A stretch of 64,000 nt of DNA from Candidatus Aenigmatarchaeota archaeon (GTDB taxonomy: Archaea; Aenigmatarchaeota; Aenigmatarchaeia; Aenigmatarchaeales; JACQIB01): the NCBI GenBank assembly GCA_016198755.1, contig JACQIB010000003.1, forward strand, positions 6,767 to 70,766, read 5' to 3'. Below, piece after piece: positions 38,123 through 47,267 of this stretch (its first letter is position 1; the number at the start of each line of letters is the position of its first letter). The translations under genes and the position numbers were made by a program. The notes beneath the pieces are model-generated. The model was not told the origin of the DNA. It did not search any database and saw only the letters and a program-made list of their open reading frames with translations.

Positions 38123-38861
38123 TCACACTCATTGCCTCGGTTTCTTCACAGTCTACACCAAGCTTTCTAAAAAAGCTGCACACATTTTTAACATCTCTTT
38201 CTAAAAATTCATGGGCATCCGGATGGGATAACAAAACACCTTGAGACAGGTCTATAATATACGGTTTTCCCTCCCAGTAAAGCATATTGTATTCTGAAAG
38301 GTCCCCATGCACAATACCAGCCATATTCATCTTTTTCATTTGTTCCAGCACAGATTTGAACAGCTCTTTCCAGTCTAAATCAGAATGTATGCAGTCAGAT
38401 AGCCTTGGTGCAGGTGTTGGGTAAGAGCCAATAAACCTTTCAACAAGTACATTGTTCTGGAAAGCCAGTGGCTCAGGGCAGTTAACACCCTTTCCAAAAG
38501 CAAGCTTCAGGTTGCTAAATTCCTTCCTGCACCATGCAAAAATAACAGAGCGCCTGTCTCTCTTTATCTTTGAAAATCTCTTATCCCCGAAAATATAGGT
38601 TTCCATACGTTTGAATTTTGTTGCATTCACAGCATACACTTTTATGGCAACTGAACCATCAGATCCAACTCCAGCAAGAACAATACTCTCCTTTCCCTCT
38701 TTTGCAACACCTCCTATATCCTTTACAAACCCCTTTTTCATGAGTTTATTTATAGAAAGTATTGTACTCTCATCAAATATCCCAGACCAGGATTTCCTTG
38801 CTTCTGACAGGTCTATTCTTTTGTCAAATGCCTTTGCCATAGCCTGCTTTGTATGCTGCAC
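38109..38861 (-). CDS. rio1: RIO-type serine/threonine protein kinase
   Basis: GKESIVL, VAIKVY, HGDLSEYNMLY, IIDLSQGV. Confidence 0.85.
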   Translation of the reverse strand: MQHTKQAMAKAFDKRIDLSEARKSWSGIFDESTILSINKLMKKGFVKDIGGVAKEGKESIVLAGVGSDGSVAIKVYAVNATKFKRMETYIFGDKRFSKIKRDRRSVIFAWCRKEFSNLKLAFGKGVNCPEPLAFQNNVLVERFIGSYPTPAPRLSDCIHSDLDWKELFKSVLEQMKKMNMAGIVHGDLSEYNMLYWEGKPYIIDLSQGVLLSHPDAHEFLERDVKNVCSFFRKLGVDCEETEAMSVIEND

Positions 38862-38875
38862 TTTATAATGCTTTA

Positions 38876-39736
38876 TTATTTCTTTTTCTTGTTATCTTCC
38901 TTTTTTTCAGGTGTTTTTGCAGCTTTCTTTTTTATTACAAATCCAAGAACAAACCCTGCTATTGTAACTAAAACTCCAGCGAAAAATACAATCTGGAAGT
39001 TAAAAGTCATAAGTCCTATTACCTTATCCAAAAATGTCGAAACAACATTCCCGAGAGGACCCTCAATAGTTGGTACAAGAAGCTTTAGGCTCCCAACCAA
39101 AAAGAACGGAATTCCATCTATAATCAATGTTATGCCAAGAGCTTTCAGTCTTCCATCCCAGGTTTCAGCAGCACCAACCACTAACAACGCAAAAATTATT
39201 GAAAGTGCAACAGTAATTCCCATAGTGTTTTTGAAGAATGTGTTTGAAGAGCTTGAGAGGAAAAGCAGGCCGCCTCCTGTCTCACCCGAGCTAACACAAG
39301 TCATGAAATCACATCCATAATCCTTGTAGTAGGTTTTTTGGAACAATGCTCCAACAGCATTATCTAAAATAGTTTCTTCCGTACTGTTGCTAATCACAGA
39401 ACACTCAAGAGAAAGTTCCTGCCCATCCAACGGCAGCTTTATTGAACCTTCCGGATTTTTATCACACTGAAACTTAAGTGCTTTGTAAAAGATTGATATT
39501 TTGCTCTGGTCTGCAAGCTGCGGCAAAGAACCCTTCAAAGTTTCAGTTAATACAGGTTTTAGTGAAGTAAAGTCTGTTATTTGAGTTAGAACAGAAAGTA
39601 TAATAGTTGAAATTACAGCAGCAGACATTAACAGAATCCCAACAGCAACTCCAAATTTTCTAAGCAAAGACATGTTCAATATTGTCTCTTCCAGTATAAA
39701 AACTCTCGCCCAGTGTTTTACACCTTCTTTAGGCAA
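38876..39736 (-). CDS. Hypothetical membrane protein with Lys-rich C-terminal tail
   Basis: N-terminal TM, a Cys-containing extracytoplasmic region, 3-4 C-terminal TM helices, tail KKKAAKTPEKKEDNKKKK. Confidence 0.5.
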   Translation of the reverse strand: MPKEGVKHWARVFILEETILNMSLLRKFGVAVGILLMSAAVISTIILSVLTQITDFTSLKPVLTETLKGSLPQLADQSKISIFYKALKFQCDKNPEGSIKLPLDGQELSLECSVISNSTEETILDNAVGALFQKTYYKDYGCDFMTCVSSGETGGGLLFLSSSSNTFFKNTMGITVALSIIFALLVVGAAETWDGRLKALGITLIIDGIPFFLVGSLKLLVPTIEGPLGNVVSTFLDKVIGLMTFNFQIVFFAGVLVTIAGFVLGFVIKKKAAKTPEKKEDNKKKK

Positions 39737-39848
39737 ATACTGTCATTTTATAGCTTTATTGACAAAAATGAAATAAAATACGTCAAACGACGAATTAAAA
39801 GATAGGTTTATATGGAGGCCATACTATAATGGGAGAAGTGACTTTAAA

Positions 39849-40001
39849 ATGAAGTGCGATATTTGCTCTTCCTCGTTGAGCACACAAAACATAGGGTATG
39901 TCAAAGTTCTAAGTAAAAGGGAGAAAATATTTGAATGTAGGCGCTGCCACAGTAGAAAAAGGGCTAAGATGAAGAAGCCTACTAGCTTATGGGTCTTTTA
40001 A
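39849..40001 (+). CDS. Possible 50-aa zinc-ribbon protein, not in the ORF track
   Basis: MKCDICSSSL...FECRRCHSRKRAKMKKPTSLWVF, with CxxC twice. The inverted repeat ATGGGT...ACCCAT spans the stop codon. Confidence 0.3.
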   Translation: MKCDICSSSLSTQNIGYVKVLSKREKIFECRRCHSRKRAKMKKPTSLWVF

Positions 40002-40049
40002 TTTCGTTTAAACCCATAAAACAAGCTCCTTTAACTTAGTTAAGCTTAT

Positions 40050-40196
40050 TTAACCAGACCTTGATAACTTATGCTTCTTGATATACTGCCAGATCTTTTT
40101 TGTCATCTCTGAAGGGGAAGCTGGTCCCTTTCCTATTATTTTTGCCAAATTTTCATCTGGTACAATCCTGAATCCGCCAAAAGGCTTTTTTGCCAC
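40050..40196 (-). CDS. Truncated SWIB/MDM2-like mini-protein (48 aa), not in the ORF track
   Basis: GTG start 5 nt after AGGAGGTGA. VAKKPFGGFRIVPDENLAKIIGKGPASPSEMTKKIWQYIKKHKLSRSG matches the first half of bacterial SWIB domains (LAxIVGxGPxxRTExxKKxWxYIKKxxLQ). Confidence 0.4.
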   Translation of the reverse strand: MAKKPFGGFRIVPDENLAKIIGKGPASPSEMTKKIWQYIKKHKLSRSG

Positions 40197-40345
40197 TCTT
40201 TTCACCTCCTATCTATCTTTTCTCTCTATATTTATTGTTTATCCAGAATATAAAGCTAACAAGAATTTAATTAGGAGAACAAAATGATTTTAATATAATA
40301 GGCATGTTTTACAATCCTATTTTTAAAAAACTAGGCAGAAACAGC

Positions 40346-40639
40346 TTATCTTGTTTCAAGAACCCTTATAATATGCCATCCAAACTCAGTTTTAACAGGA
40401 TTGCTGGTTTCTCCCTTTTCCATAGTAAAGGCAGTATTCTCAAATGGTTTTACCATCATGCCCCTTCCAAACCATCCCAAATCTCCTCCCTTTCTCTTAG
40501 AAGGGCACAAAGAAACTTTCATTGCCAATTCCCCAAAGTTTGCACCTGTTTTCAACTGTTCTAAAACCTTTTTAGCTTCCTCTTCAGTTTTTACTAGTAT
40601 ATGCACTGCATGCACTTGGCTTACCATACAATCACTCAA
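40346..40639 (-). CDS. Parvulin-type peptidyl-prolyl isomerase (PpiC)
   Basis: HILVKTEEEA...CPSKRKGGDLGWFGRGMMVKPFE...FGWHII. Confidence 0.85.
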   Translation of the reverse strand: MSDCMVSQVHAVHILVKTEEEAKKVLEQLKTGANFGELAMKVSLCPSKRKGGDLGWFGRGMMVKPFENTAFTMEKGETSNPVKTEFGWHIIRVLETR

Positions 40640-40946
40640 TTCCCAGTTTTTTTAGATATCCCTTTTTCTTTAACCAGTTTGCCTGTGTTCTTGTATACTT
40701 CCATACCACATCTCCCCTCTCATCACTCTGTACTTTCCAGGGTTCCATAATAATTATGTCCTGAGGGTTTATCCATACTCTTTTTCCCATCCTCCCAGGT
40801 ATCCTGCATATCCTTGTCTTTCCATCATCACACTGTACTCTCAATTTCCCAGCTCCAAGCATCTCAAGAACCAGCCCTAAAATTTCCCCCTGAGCCGGTA
40901 TTCTTGTTCTTGAAATTTCTGCTAGTTCCTGTTCTGGGGTTATCAT
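40632..40946 (-). CDS. eif1a: Translation initiation factor aIF-1A
   Basis: S1/OB-fold pattern CRIPGRMGKRVWINPQDIIIMEPW. Confidence 0.9.
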   Translation of the reverse strand: MITPEQELAEISRTRIPAQGEILGLVLEMLGAGKLRVQCDDGKTRICRIPGRMGKRVWINPQDIIIMEPWKVQSDERGDVVWKYTRTQANWLKKKGYLKKLGIE

Positions 40947-40992
40947 GCGCTGTAAATAGTTTTCCAGCTATTTAAACTCCTTCTAAAACAAA

Positions 40993-41137
40993 TGGAGCCC
41001 CAGGCAGGATTTTCCACCCTTTTGGGGTTTGCAAAGACCTTTTAGGGAAAAGGGATTTGCTTTGAACCTGCGGCCTGCTGTTTACGAAATTCGGCAGCTT
41101 ATGCTTCAGCCACTCTACCGGTCTGAGCCACTGGGGC
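40993..41137 (-). tRNA. tRNA-Thr(CGT), two introns (30/31 and T-loop 59/60), CCA encoded, discriminator U
   Basis: Acceptor GCCCCAG/CTGGGGC, D arm GCTC-AGACCGGTA-GAGT. Removing a 17-nt intron (41090-41106; BHB helix TGGC:GCCG, bulges TGA/AAT) gives stem GCTGT/ACAGC and loop TTCGTAA (CGT at 41086-41084). T arm GCAGG-TTCAAA[51 nt, 41010-41060]T-CCTGC. 77+17+51=145. Confidence 0.75.
41010..41060 (-). repeat. T-loop intron family A, copy in tRNA-Thr
   Basis: GCAAATCCCTTTTCCCTAAAAGGTCTTTGCAAACCCCAAAAGGGTGGAAAA. 48 of 51 nt are identical to the copy in tRNA-Val(TAC). Confidence 0.85.
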
Positions 41138-41161
41138 AAGAATTGTTTTTATTCCAACCTT

Positions 41162-41698
41162 TTAAGCCTGAGCAAAGCGCACAGAAAACACGCTTCTGTT
41201 TACTGGTTTTCCGTCTATTTCTGTAACCTGCTCATAGCTTGTTTTCACTTCAGCTCCCTTCTTCCTTAAAAATCCAACAACAGTTTTAGTAGCAGCTTTG
41301 CTCCCAACTTTAAAATCTAGCCCACCCCTTACATCTTTCACAGTATAGAAAGAAAGCCTGTCTTTCTTTCCAATTCTATCTATTTCTTTTCCTGTGAACC
41401 TTGCAGTGGCAGGAGTAAAGTTTCCTCTCAACTGTATAACAGTCTCATAATAATGTGAAAGTCTTTTATTGCAGAAAATACAGACAAACTTTTTAGCTCC
41501 CGGAAGTCTCGTTTCAGAATACTTCCATTTCATCTTGTCTTTATAATAGCCGCAGCGTGTGCATTGTTCTATAACTTTTTCTTCTTTCTTTTTTTCCTCC
41601 GGCTCTTTAAAACAATCTTTACACAAGCCTTCCTTGAAAGGTTCTTTCCCGCAAACATAGCAAAACTGTCTTGACATAATCAAAAGATTTGCGTACAC
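41162..41698 (-). CDS. NMD3-family protein (ribosome biogenesis/export factor homolog)
   Basis: CxxC pairs (CYVCG, CKDC, CTRCG, CIFCN) followed by the ETVIQLRG pattern. The likely start is the ATG at 41677. Confidence 0.65.
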   Translation of the reverse strand: MYANLLIMSRQFCYVCGKEPFKEGLCKDCFKEPEEKKKEEKVIEQCTRCGYYKDKMKWKYSETRLPGAKKFVCIFCNKRLSHYYETVIQLRGNFTPATARFTGKEIDRIGKKDRLSFYTVKDVRGGLDFKVGSKAATKTVVGFLRKKGAEVKTSYEQVTEIDGKPVNRSVFSVRFAQA

Positions 41699-41730
41699 CT
41701 ATATAAACCATAAATAGAATATTAATTAGT

Positions 41731-43029
41731 ATGAAAAACCCAGTTTTCTTTTCCTTCATTCTAGTTTTGGCTATTCTGGTTGCAGGATGTACAGAACAGA
41801 CAACAGGAGAAACAACCACAACACTTAGAGGCACCACACTCCAGACTACAGTGTCTACATCAACTACTCTAGCGCCTTCAGCATACTGGGCTTTAGATGA
41901 ATTATCAGATGCTGCATGGACATATACACCAACAGCAGACAACGATTCAACTGCTCATTTGGACAGCTTTTCTGCTACAGCTGATGGAAAAACAGCTGCG
42001 GTAGCATGGCACACTGCAAACGGAGGCAGGGCAGGCCCAACAAAGCTGCTGCTCCTGAAAGACGGCAAAAAGACCTTGGAAAAGGATAATATAATATCTT
42101 ATGATCAGTCAGCTGTTTCTATATCTCCAGGAGGCTCTCTAATAGCATTATCTGATTCCAATTACATAACTTTTTATGACAGCTCTGGAAACAACATAAG
42201 CACTGTAAAATATTTTTTTGGTAGCAATGTCAGGGAATCACTGGAAGAACCACCCAGCATATCTTCAGATGAAAAGACGGCAACAATAAGTACACACGGC
42301 TCCAGCACAGATACATTGCAATATTTTACTAAGGGTTCTGGTGTTGTATGGAACAAGAAAGGTGACCTTGGTCCTGTTAGGATATCACCAGATGGGAAGC
42401 ATGTTATAGTTTTCAATAAACAGTATAATGTATTGAAGTATTATGACAGCTCAGGCAATGGGTTCTCCGCAGTAGAGCAGCGGCCTCTTCCATTTTACGA
42501 CGGTGGTGTTGCAGCCCTTCCGGTTTTTTCAAAGGATAGCTCGAAGATAGCAGCTTTCAATGGAAGACAACTTTACATGATAGATATTGTTTCAAAAACA
42601 CTTCTTTGGACAGCTGTGACAGAAGGGAATATTTCTTCTGTTTACATACTCCCGGATAATTCTGTTGCAGCTACTGACGGAAAATATGTATATAGTTTTG
42701 GAACAGATGGCGAACAGAAGTGGAAAGTTGACCCGAAGATAGAGGGTGGAATAAATAAAGTATATAAGGTGTTGTCTGACCCAACAGGCAAATATGTTGC
42801 ATTTACATCCATGAGCAAGGCTTCAGTTTTTGAGAATCATCTTATTTTCCTTGGGTTAGATGGAAAGTTTGTTAAGGGATACAAACTGATTAAAAAGGAT
42901 CCTTGGAGCGATAAATCTTCTACCTACAAAACCACAACACTCTCTCCAAGATTAGACGGTGTTTTTACCATAATTAACGACGGCGGAACAACACTCGAAG
43001 CTTACTTTTTCCCTTTTACAAAATCTTAA
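41731..43029 (+). CDS. Lipobox-bearing surface protein with beta-propeller-like repeats
   Basis: Signal plus LVAGC, Thr-rich linker, and repeated segments of about 40 aa with ...S.DG..... patterns. Confidence 0.5.
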   Translation: MKNPVFFSFILVLAILVAGCTEQTTGETTTTLRGTTLQTTVSTSTTLAPSAYWALDELSDAAWTYTPTADNDSTAHLDSFSATADGKTAAVAWHTANGGRAGPTKLLLLKDGKKTLEKDNIISYDQSAVSISPGGSLIALSDSNYITFYDSSGNNISTVKYFFGSNVRESLEEPPSISSDEKTATISTHGSSTDTLQYFTKGSGVVWNKKGDLGPVRISPDGKHVIVFNKQYNVLKYYDSSGNGFSAVEQRPLPFYDGGVAALPVFSKDSSKIAAFNGRQLYMIDIVSKTLLWTAVTEGNISSVYILPDNSVAATDGKYVYSFGTDGEQKWKVDPKIEGGINKVYKVLSDPTGKYVAFTSMSKASVFENHLIFLGLDGKFVKGYKLIKKDPWSDKSSTYKTTTLSPRLDGVFTIINDGGTTLEAYFFPFTKS

Positions 43030-43050
43030 TTGTAAATGTTTTGTCCAAGC

Positions 43051-43945
43051 CTATTTAACCCTTTCTTTTGAACCAAAATAACTGACCAGTAGAGCTGCGC
43101 CTATCATTATGCAGCCCCCAATAATCTCCTGCGGTAGCAACGTTTCCCCCAGAGCAATAATACCAATTGTTGTTGCTCCTATTGGAATCAGAGCTGTTGT
43201 TAATGTTGTAAACATATGTGCTGTTAAGTAGCGTGAAACTGTAACAGCTACAGCCCCCAGTCCAATAACAAGTACAAGTATCATGAAGGCAAAAGTACCT
43301 ATACTAATATGTATTTAATGGAGGTATGGCGAGCACCCCTAAAGCCAAAGCCGCAATTATTGTAGGTACAAGTATGAATACTGAATCAAGGAACATTATT
43401 TCTCTTGTTCCAAGTTTCTTTATGTATTTTCTGTTCACAATTGGCGTAAAGCTAAAAAGGAAAACACCCAAAATTATAAATAAATCCCCCCAACCCAATC
43501 CAGTTATACTTCCGCTCTTGAAAACTATTGCGCCTATAACAGCAAGCAAAGCAGCAACCCAGAGAATTTTTGAGGGAGTTTCTTTTAACAATCTTGAGGA
43601 GTAAAACCCCACAATAATCGGCATTGCAGAGATAAAAATTACAAAGGCTTTTACAGGCAGGTAAAGTATTGAAAAATCAAGCAAAAGATTGCCTACTGCA
43701 GCAGGTATAATAAGCATATAAAAATATTTTCTTTCCTTTTTCTCCAGAGCTAAAAAATTTTTAAGTTTGCCGCGCAGCAGAAAAATCAAAACAATAGAGC
43801 TTACAAGGAAAATGTATGTATCAATAGCCAAAGGATGCAGGGAACCAGTCAAAAACTTGAATGTTGGTACGTAAAATGACCTGAGGAGAATGAATATTGC
43901 AACCAACCAGAGTCCATAAGTAAACCCACTTCTGCCCGTTTTCAT
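43051..43945 (-). pseudogene. EamA/DMT transporter split by a frameshift (213-aa plus 77-aa pieces)
   Basis: The upstream piece ends ...PPLNTY-TAG. The downstream frame reads through the junction as SIGTFAFMILVLVIG, a continuous TM helix. The combined length of about 290 aa equals the intact paralog at 19091-19954. Confidence 0.5.
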
Positions 43946-43986
43946 AAAGTTAACAGATTCTCTGAGAATAAAAACCTGAGCAGTAA

Positions 43987-45639
43987 TTAGAACTCTTCGT
44001 GGTCGCCGCCATGGCCCATTCCTGGAGGCATTCCAGGTGGTCCGCCGCTCAGCCTGTTTGCTGTTATTATGTCATCTATCCTTAGTATCATTTCTGCTGC
44101 TTCAGAAGCAGAGCTTATTGCCTGTGTTTTTATTTTCAAAGGTTCTATTACACCTTCTTTCCACATATCAACTATTTTTCCTGTGAAAACATTCACTCCA
44201 GAAGTGTTCTGTCCCTTGTCATGTGCTGCTCTCAGTTCAACTAAAATATCTATTGGATCTAATCCAGCGTTCTCTGCTAAAGTTCTTGGTATAACTTCCA
44301 TTGCTTCTGAAAATGCTAAAATAGCAAGCTGCTCACGTCCAGAGTATTTCTGTGCAAAATCCCTTAAACCCTTTGCAACAGCCTCTTCAGGAGAACCCCC
44401 TCCAGCAACAACCTGCCCAACCTCTATAGATGAGGCAACTCCTCCTATAGCATCCTCAACTGCCCTGTAAACCTCTTCCACAACATGTTCTGTTCCACCC
44501 CTTACGAGCAGGGAAACAGCTTTCGGGTCTTTGCATTCTTTCACAAACAGCATCTGTTCTCCTGCCACCTTCTTCTCCTCAACTAACCCTGCAAATCCTA
44601 AATCATCCTTTCCCAAATCATCCAAACTTGTTACAATTCTGGCTCCAGTAGCCCTGACTAATTTTTCCATGTCAGATTTCTTTACTCTGCGTGCAGACAT
44701 AATTTTCTTCTTTGATAAGTAATGCTGTGCCACATCATCTATTCCCTTCTGGCAGAAAAGCACAGTGCACCCTGAATTTGCAATTTTCTCAACCATGTCT
44801 TTCAGCATCTTCTCTTCCTGTTCCAAAAACTTCTGCATCTGGTCAGGAGAAGTAATCTGTATCTGTGCATCAGTTTCAGTCTTTTCAATTTCCAAAGCTG
44901 TATCAACCAAGGCAACTTTTGCCCCCTTTACAGTTCTTGGCATCCCTGGGTGCACAATTTCCTTGTCAATTATAAGTCCGTTAACAAGTTCTGTATCCTC
45001 TATTGTCCCCCCCTGTTTCTTCTCAACTTTTATATTGTCTGTATCAATAGAAATTTTTCCATCCTGCCTGTCTATAACCATTTTTACTGCTTTCACAGCA
45101 AGTCCAGCCAAATGTTCTGAAGCACGTTCAGCAGATTTACCTGTCATTGCAGTTATTGCAATCTTTTTTAGGAGATCATCATCTTTTTCTGTTATTTTCT
45201 TTGAAACACTTTCAACCAGCTTTAAAGACTGTTCTTTTGCAAGTTTGTATCCTCTGGTTATAACAGTTGGGTGTATTTCTTGGTCTAAAAGCCCCTCAGC
45301 TCTCTTCAAAAGTTCACCTGCAAGTATCGCAGCTGTTGTTGTCCCATCCCCAACTTCCTCGTCCTGTGTCTTAGCAACCTCAACAACCATTTTTGCTGCT
45401 GGATGCTCTACCTGCATTTCCTCTAAAATTGTAACCCCATCATTTGTAATAACAATATCTCCCATGCTGTCTACTAGCATTTTGTCCATGCCCTTTGGCC
45501 CTAAAGTAGTTCTAACAGCGTCAGAAACAACCTTTGCAGCAGCAATATTCGTGTGCTGTGCATCCTTTCCCAGCGTTCTTAATGTTCCTTCTGGCAAAAC
45601 AAATATCTGCTGCCCCGCTCCACCCATTCCATTTGTCAT
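43987..45639 (-). CDS. ths: Thermosome subunit (group II chaperonin)
   Basis: [30 protein letters not shown]-terminal [14 protein letters not shown] tail. GAGGTGA Shine-Dalgarno upstream. Confidence 0.95.
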   Translation of the reverse strand: MTNGMGGAGQQIFVLPEGTLRTLGKDAQHTNIAAAKVVSDAVRTTLGPKGMDKMLVDSMGDIVITNDGVTILEEMQVEHPAAKMVVEVAKTQDEEVGDGTTTAAILAGELLKRAEGLLDQEIHPTVITRGYKLAKEQSLKLVESVSKKITEKDDDLLKKIAITAMTGKSAERASEHLAGLAVKAVKMVIDRQDGKISIDTDNIKVEKKQGGTIEDTELVNGLIIDKEIVHPGMPRTVKGAKVALVDTALEIEKTETDAQIQITSPDQMQKFLEQEEKMLKDMVEKIANSGCTVLFCQKGIDDVAQHYLSKKKIMSARRVKKSDMEKLVRATGARIVTSLDDLGKDDLGFAGLVEEKKVAGEQMLFVKECKDPKAVSLLVRGGTEHVVEEVYRAVEDAIGGVASSIEVGQVVAGGGSPEEAVAKGLRDFAQKYSGREQLAILAFSEAMEVIPRTLAENAGLDPIDILVELRAAHDKGQNTSGVNVFTGKIVDMWKEGVIEPLKIKTQAISSASEAAEMILRIDDIITANRLSGGPPGMPPGMGHGGDHEEF

Positions 45640-45797
45640 TCAAATCACCTCAAATATGTGTATTTAAGTATACCAGCTTTATGTGTATGTAGGTATATTT
45701 AAAGCTTATTGCTCTGCACATTTTTTGGCTGTTCCATGCTAACAGTTTTCCAGAAAAAAATGCAAACGGCGGTTACAATAAAAAATTTATGTCGAAC

Positions 45798-45813
45798 ATA
45801 AAGCTTATTAACC
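45798..45813 (+). promoter_or_regulatory. BRE/TATA-like element upstream of the 45834 gene
   Basis: ATAAAGCTTATTAACC, centred about 27 nt upstream of the ATG at 45834. Confidence 0.45.
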
Positions 45814-45833
45814 TGTTCTGCAGGGTTTAGAGC

Positions 45834-46292
45834 ATGGATATACCTGAAGACTATCTGAAACTTGAGAAAAAATACAAAGGACTGCCTGAATGGAAATGGC
45901 TTTCTACTAATTTTAGAGTAAAATTGGAAAATGGGGGATTAGTTGAACAGGTAAGGCACTCTGTTTCAGAAAAGCTGGACAATGTTTCCCACTCTCTTAT
46001 AGAGCCGATAATAGGGCCCGGGGAGAGTTATTGCTGCTGGTTTGAAAGGAAAATGATAACAGATACTGACAGGGACGAGCTTTTCAATATTTACAGGCAG
46101 CTGCAGGCTTTAATTTGGAGGTCAAACAAAATTTCCATAACAGAGAGCGAGAAGGATTTTGCTGAATGGCTTATCAGAGTAGAAAAAGAGTGGGAGGGAC
46201 TAAGGCCTGCGCTTGAAAAGTTTTGCATGAAGCTGGAGGAAGGCTGGTTAAAGTACAAGAAACCAATAGAGAGCACATCCTATCACGGTTAA
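45834..46292 (+). CDS. Hypothetical protein
   Basis: 152-aa ORF with a promoter-like element at the correct spacing. No motif recognised. Confidence 0.5.
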   Translation: MDIPEDYLKLEKKYKGLPEWKWLSTNFRVKLENGGLVEQVRHSVSEKLDNVSHSLIEPIIGPGESYCCWFERKMITDTDRDELFNIYRQLQALIWRSNKISITESEKDFAEWLIRVEKEWEGLRPALEKFCMKLEEGWLKYKKPIESTSYHG

Positions 46293-46316
46293 ATCCTTTT
46301 CCCATATAGAAAGCTT

Positions 46317-47012
46317 ATGAAAAGCAGAATACCTGCAGGCTTAAAGTATGCTGTTTTTGATTTAGATAATACTTTAGTTGAAGGAAGAGTTGCAAGCTAT
46401 ATTGGTAAAAGCTATTTTTTTAGAGAGTTATTTGGGCTCAGAATAGGTCATCTTTACAAAGGATGGAAAGGAATGAAAAGTGTTAAAGAAATTCTGAAAG
46501 AAGGCGGGGAAGATGCTGAAGCAAGGGGAATGGAAGCTTTTATGGGAGTTTTGGGGGAAACTAGAATTGCAACATGGGATAGTATATACGATTATGCAAA
46601 GAAGGCTGTAGAAAAACATGAATTGCCTGGGGCAAAGGAATTTGTAGGAAAATGTAAAAATAATGGACTTCAAACTTATATTGCCACTCTTGGGCTGCTT
46701 ATATCAGCGCAGGCAGCTAGGGATTATTTTGGCGCAGATGCTGCGCGCGGCAACTCGCTTATAGCTGAAAATGGAATAATTAGGGGAGTTAAGCTGACAA
46801 TGAAAACAGGTGAAGATAGGCTAAGAGAGGTAAGAACTATAGCAAATGTCAATGAGGCACTTGTTGTTGGAAACGATAGATTAGACTGGCCTTTGATGGA
46901 TGCTGCAGGTTTTTCTGTTGCAGCCCCGCTGGCAGATGAGGAAACTAAAAAAAGAGCTGACATTACTATTACAGATTTCAGGGAATTGGAGTTTGAGCCG
47001 CGCAAGGTTTGA
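46317..47012 (+). CDS. HAD-superfamily hydrolase (SerB/phosphoserine-phosphatase-like subfamily)
   Basis: Motif I AVFDLDNTLVEG; C-terminal VVGNDRLDWP (motif IV-like). Confidence 0.65.
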   Translation: MKSRIPAGLKYAVFDLDNTLVEGRVASYIGKSYFFRELFGLRIGHLYKGWKGMKSVKEILKEGGEDAEARGMEAFMGVLGETRIATWDSIYDYAKKAVEKHELPGAKEFVGKCKNNGLQTYIATLGLLISAQAARDYFGADAARGNSLIAENGIIRGVKLTMKTGEDRLREVRTIANVNEALVVGNDRLDWPLMDAAGFSVAAPLADEETKKRADITITDFRELEFEPRKV

Positions 47013-47023
47013 AAAAAAACAAG

Positions 47024-47230
47024 TGGTGGGCGGGAAGAGATTTGTTCAGCTTAGTCCTACCTGAGGGGGTAGGGCTGTAGGGGGAAACTTCCCCCTGAGC
47101 TTTGAACTCTCGGCCACCAGTTAACCTAAACTTTTCGGAACGCAGCCACGCTTTCACGCGAGTGCGCGATTATAAGACTGGCGCTCCAACCGGGCTTTGC
47201 CTTGGCTTTTGCCAAATGAGCTACCCGCCC
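47024..47230 (-). tRNA. tRNA-Ile(TAT), three introns (D-loop 14/15, anticodon 37/38, T-loop 58/59), CCA encoded
   Basis: Acceptor GGGCGGG/CCCGCCC. D arm GCTCA[21 nt, 47196-47216]GCCCGGTTG-GAGC. Anticodon stem CCAGT/ACTGG, loop CTTATA[48 nt, 47123-47170]A, with TAT at 47174-47172 and BHB helix CTTA:TAGG. T arm GAGAG-TTCAA[60 nt, 47042-47101]AT-CTCTT with BHB helix GTTC:GAAC. 78+21+48+60=207. Confidence 0.75.
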
Positions 47231-47267
47231 ACAAGTCTATTTATTCCTTGGAAGGGAATTTAAACTA

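Noticed and set aside
41090-41106. CAT triplet in tRNA-Thr (AAGCATAAG), considered as a Met or Ile2 anticodon
   Set aside because: It lacks U33 and a flanking stem. It lies within the 17-nt intron whose removal yields a perfect 5-bp stem and the loop TTCGTAA.
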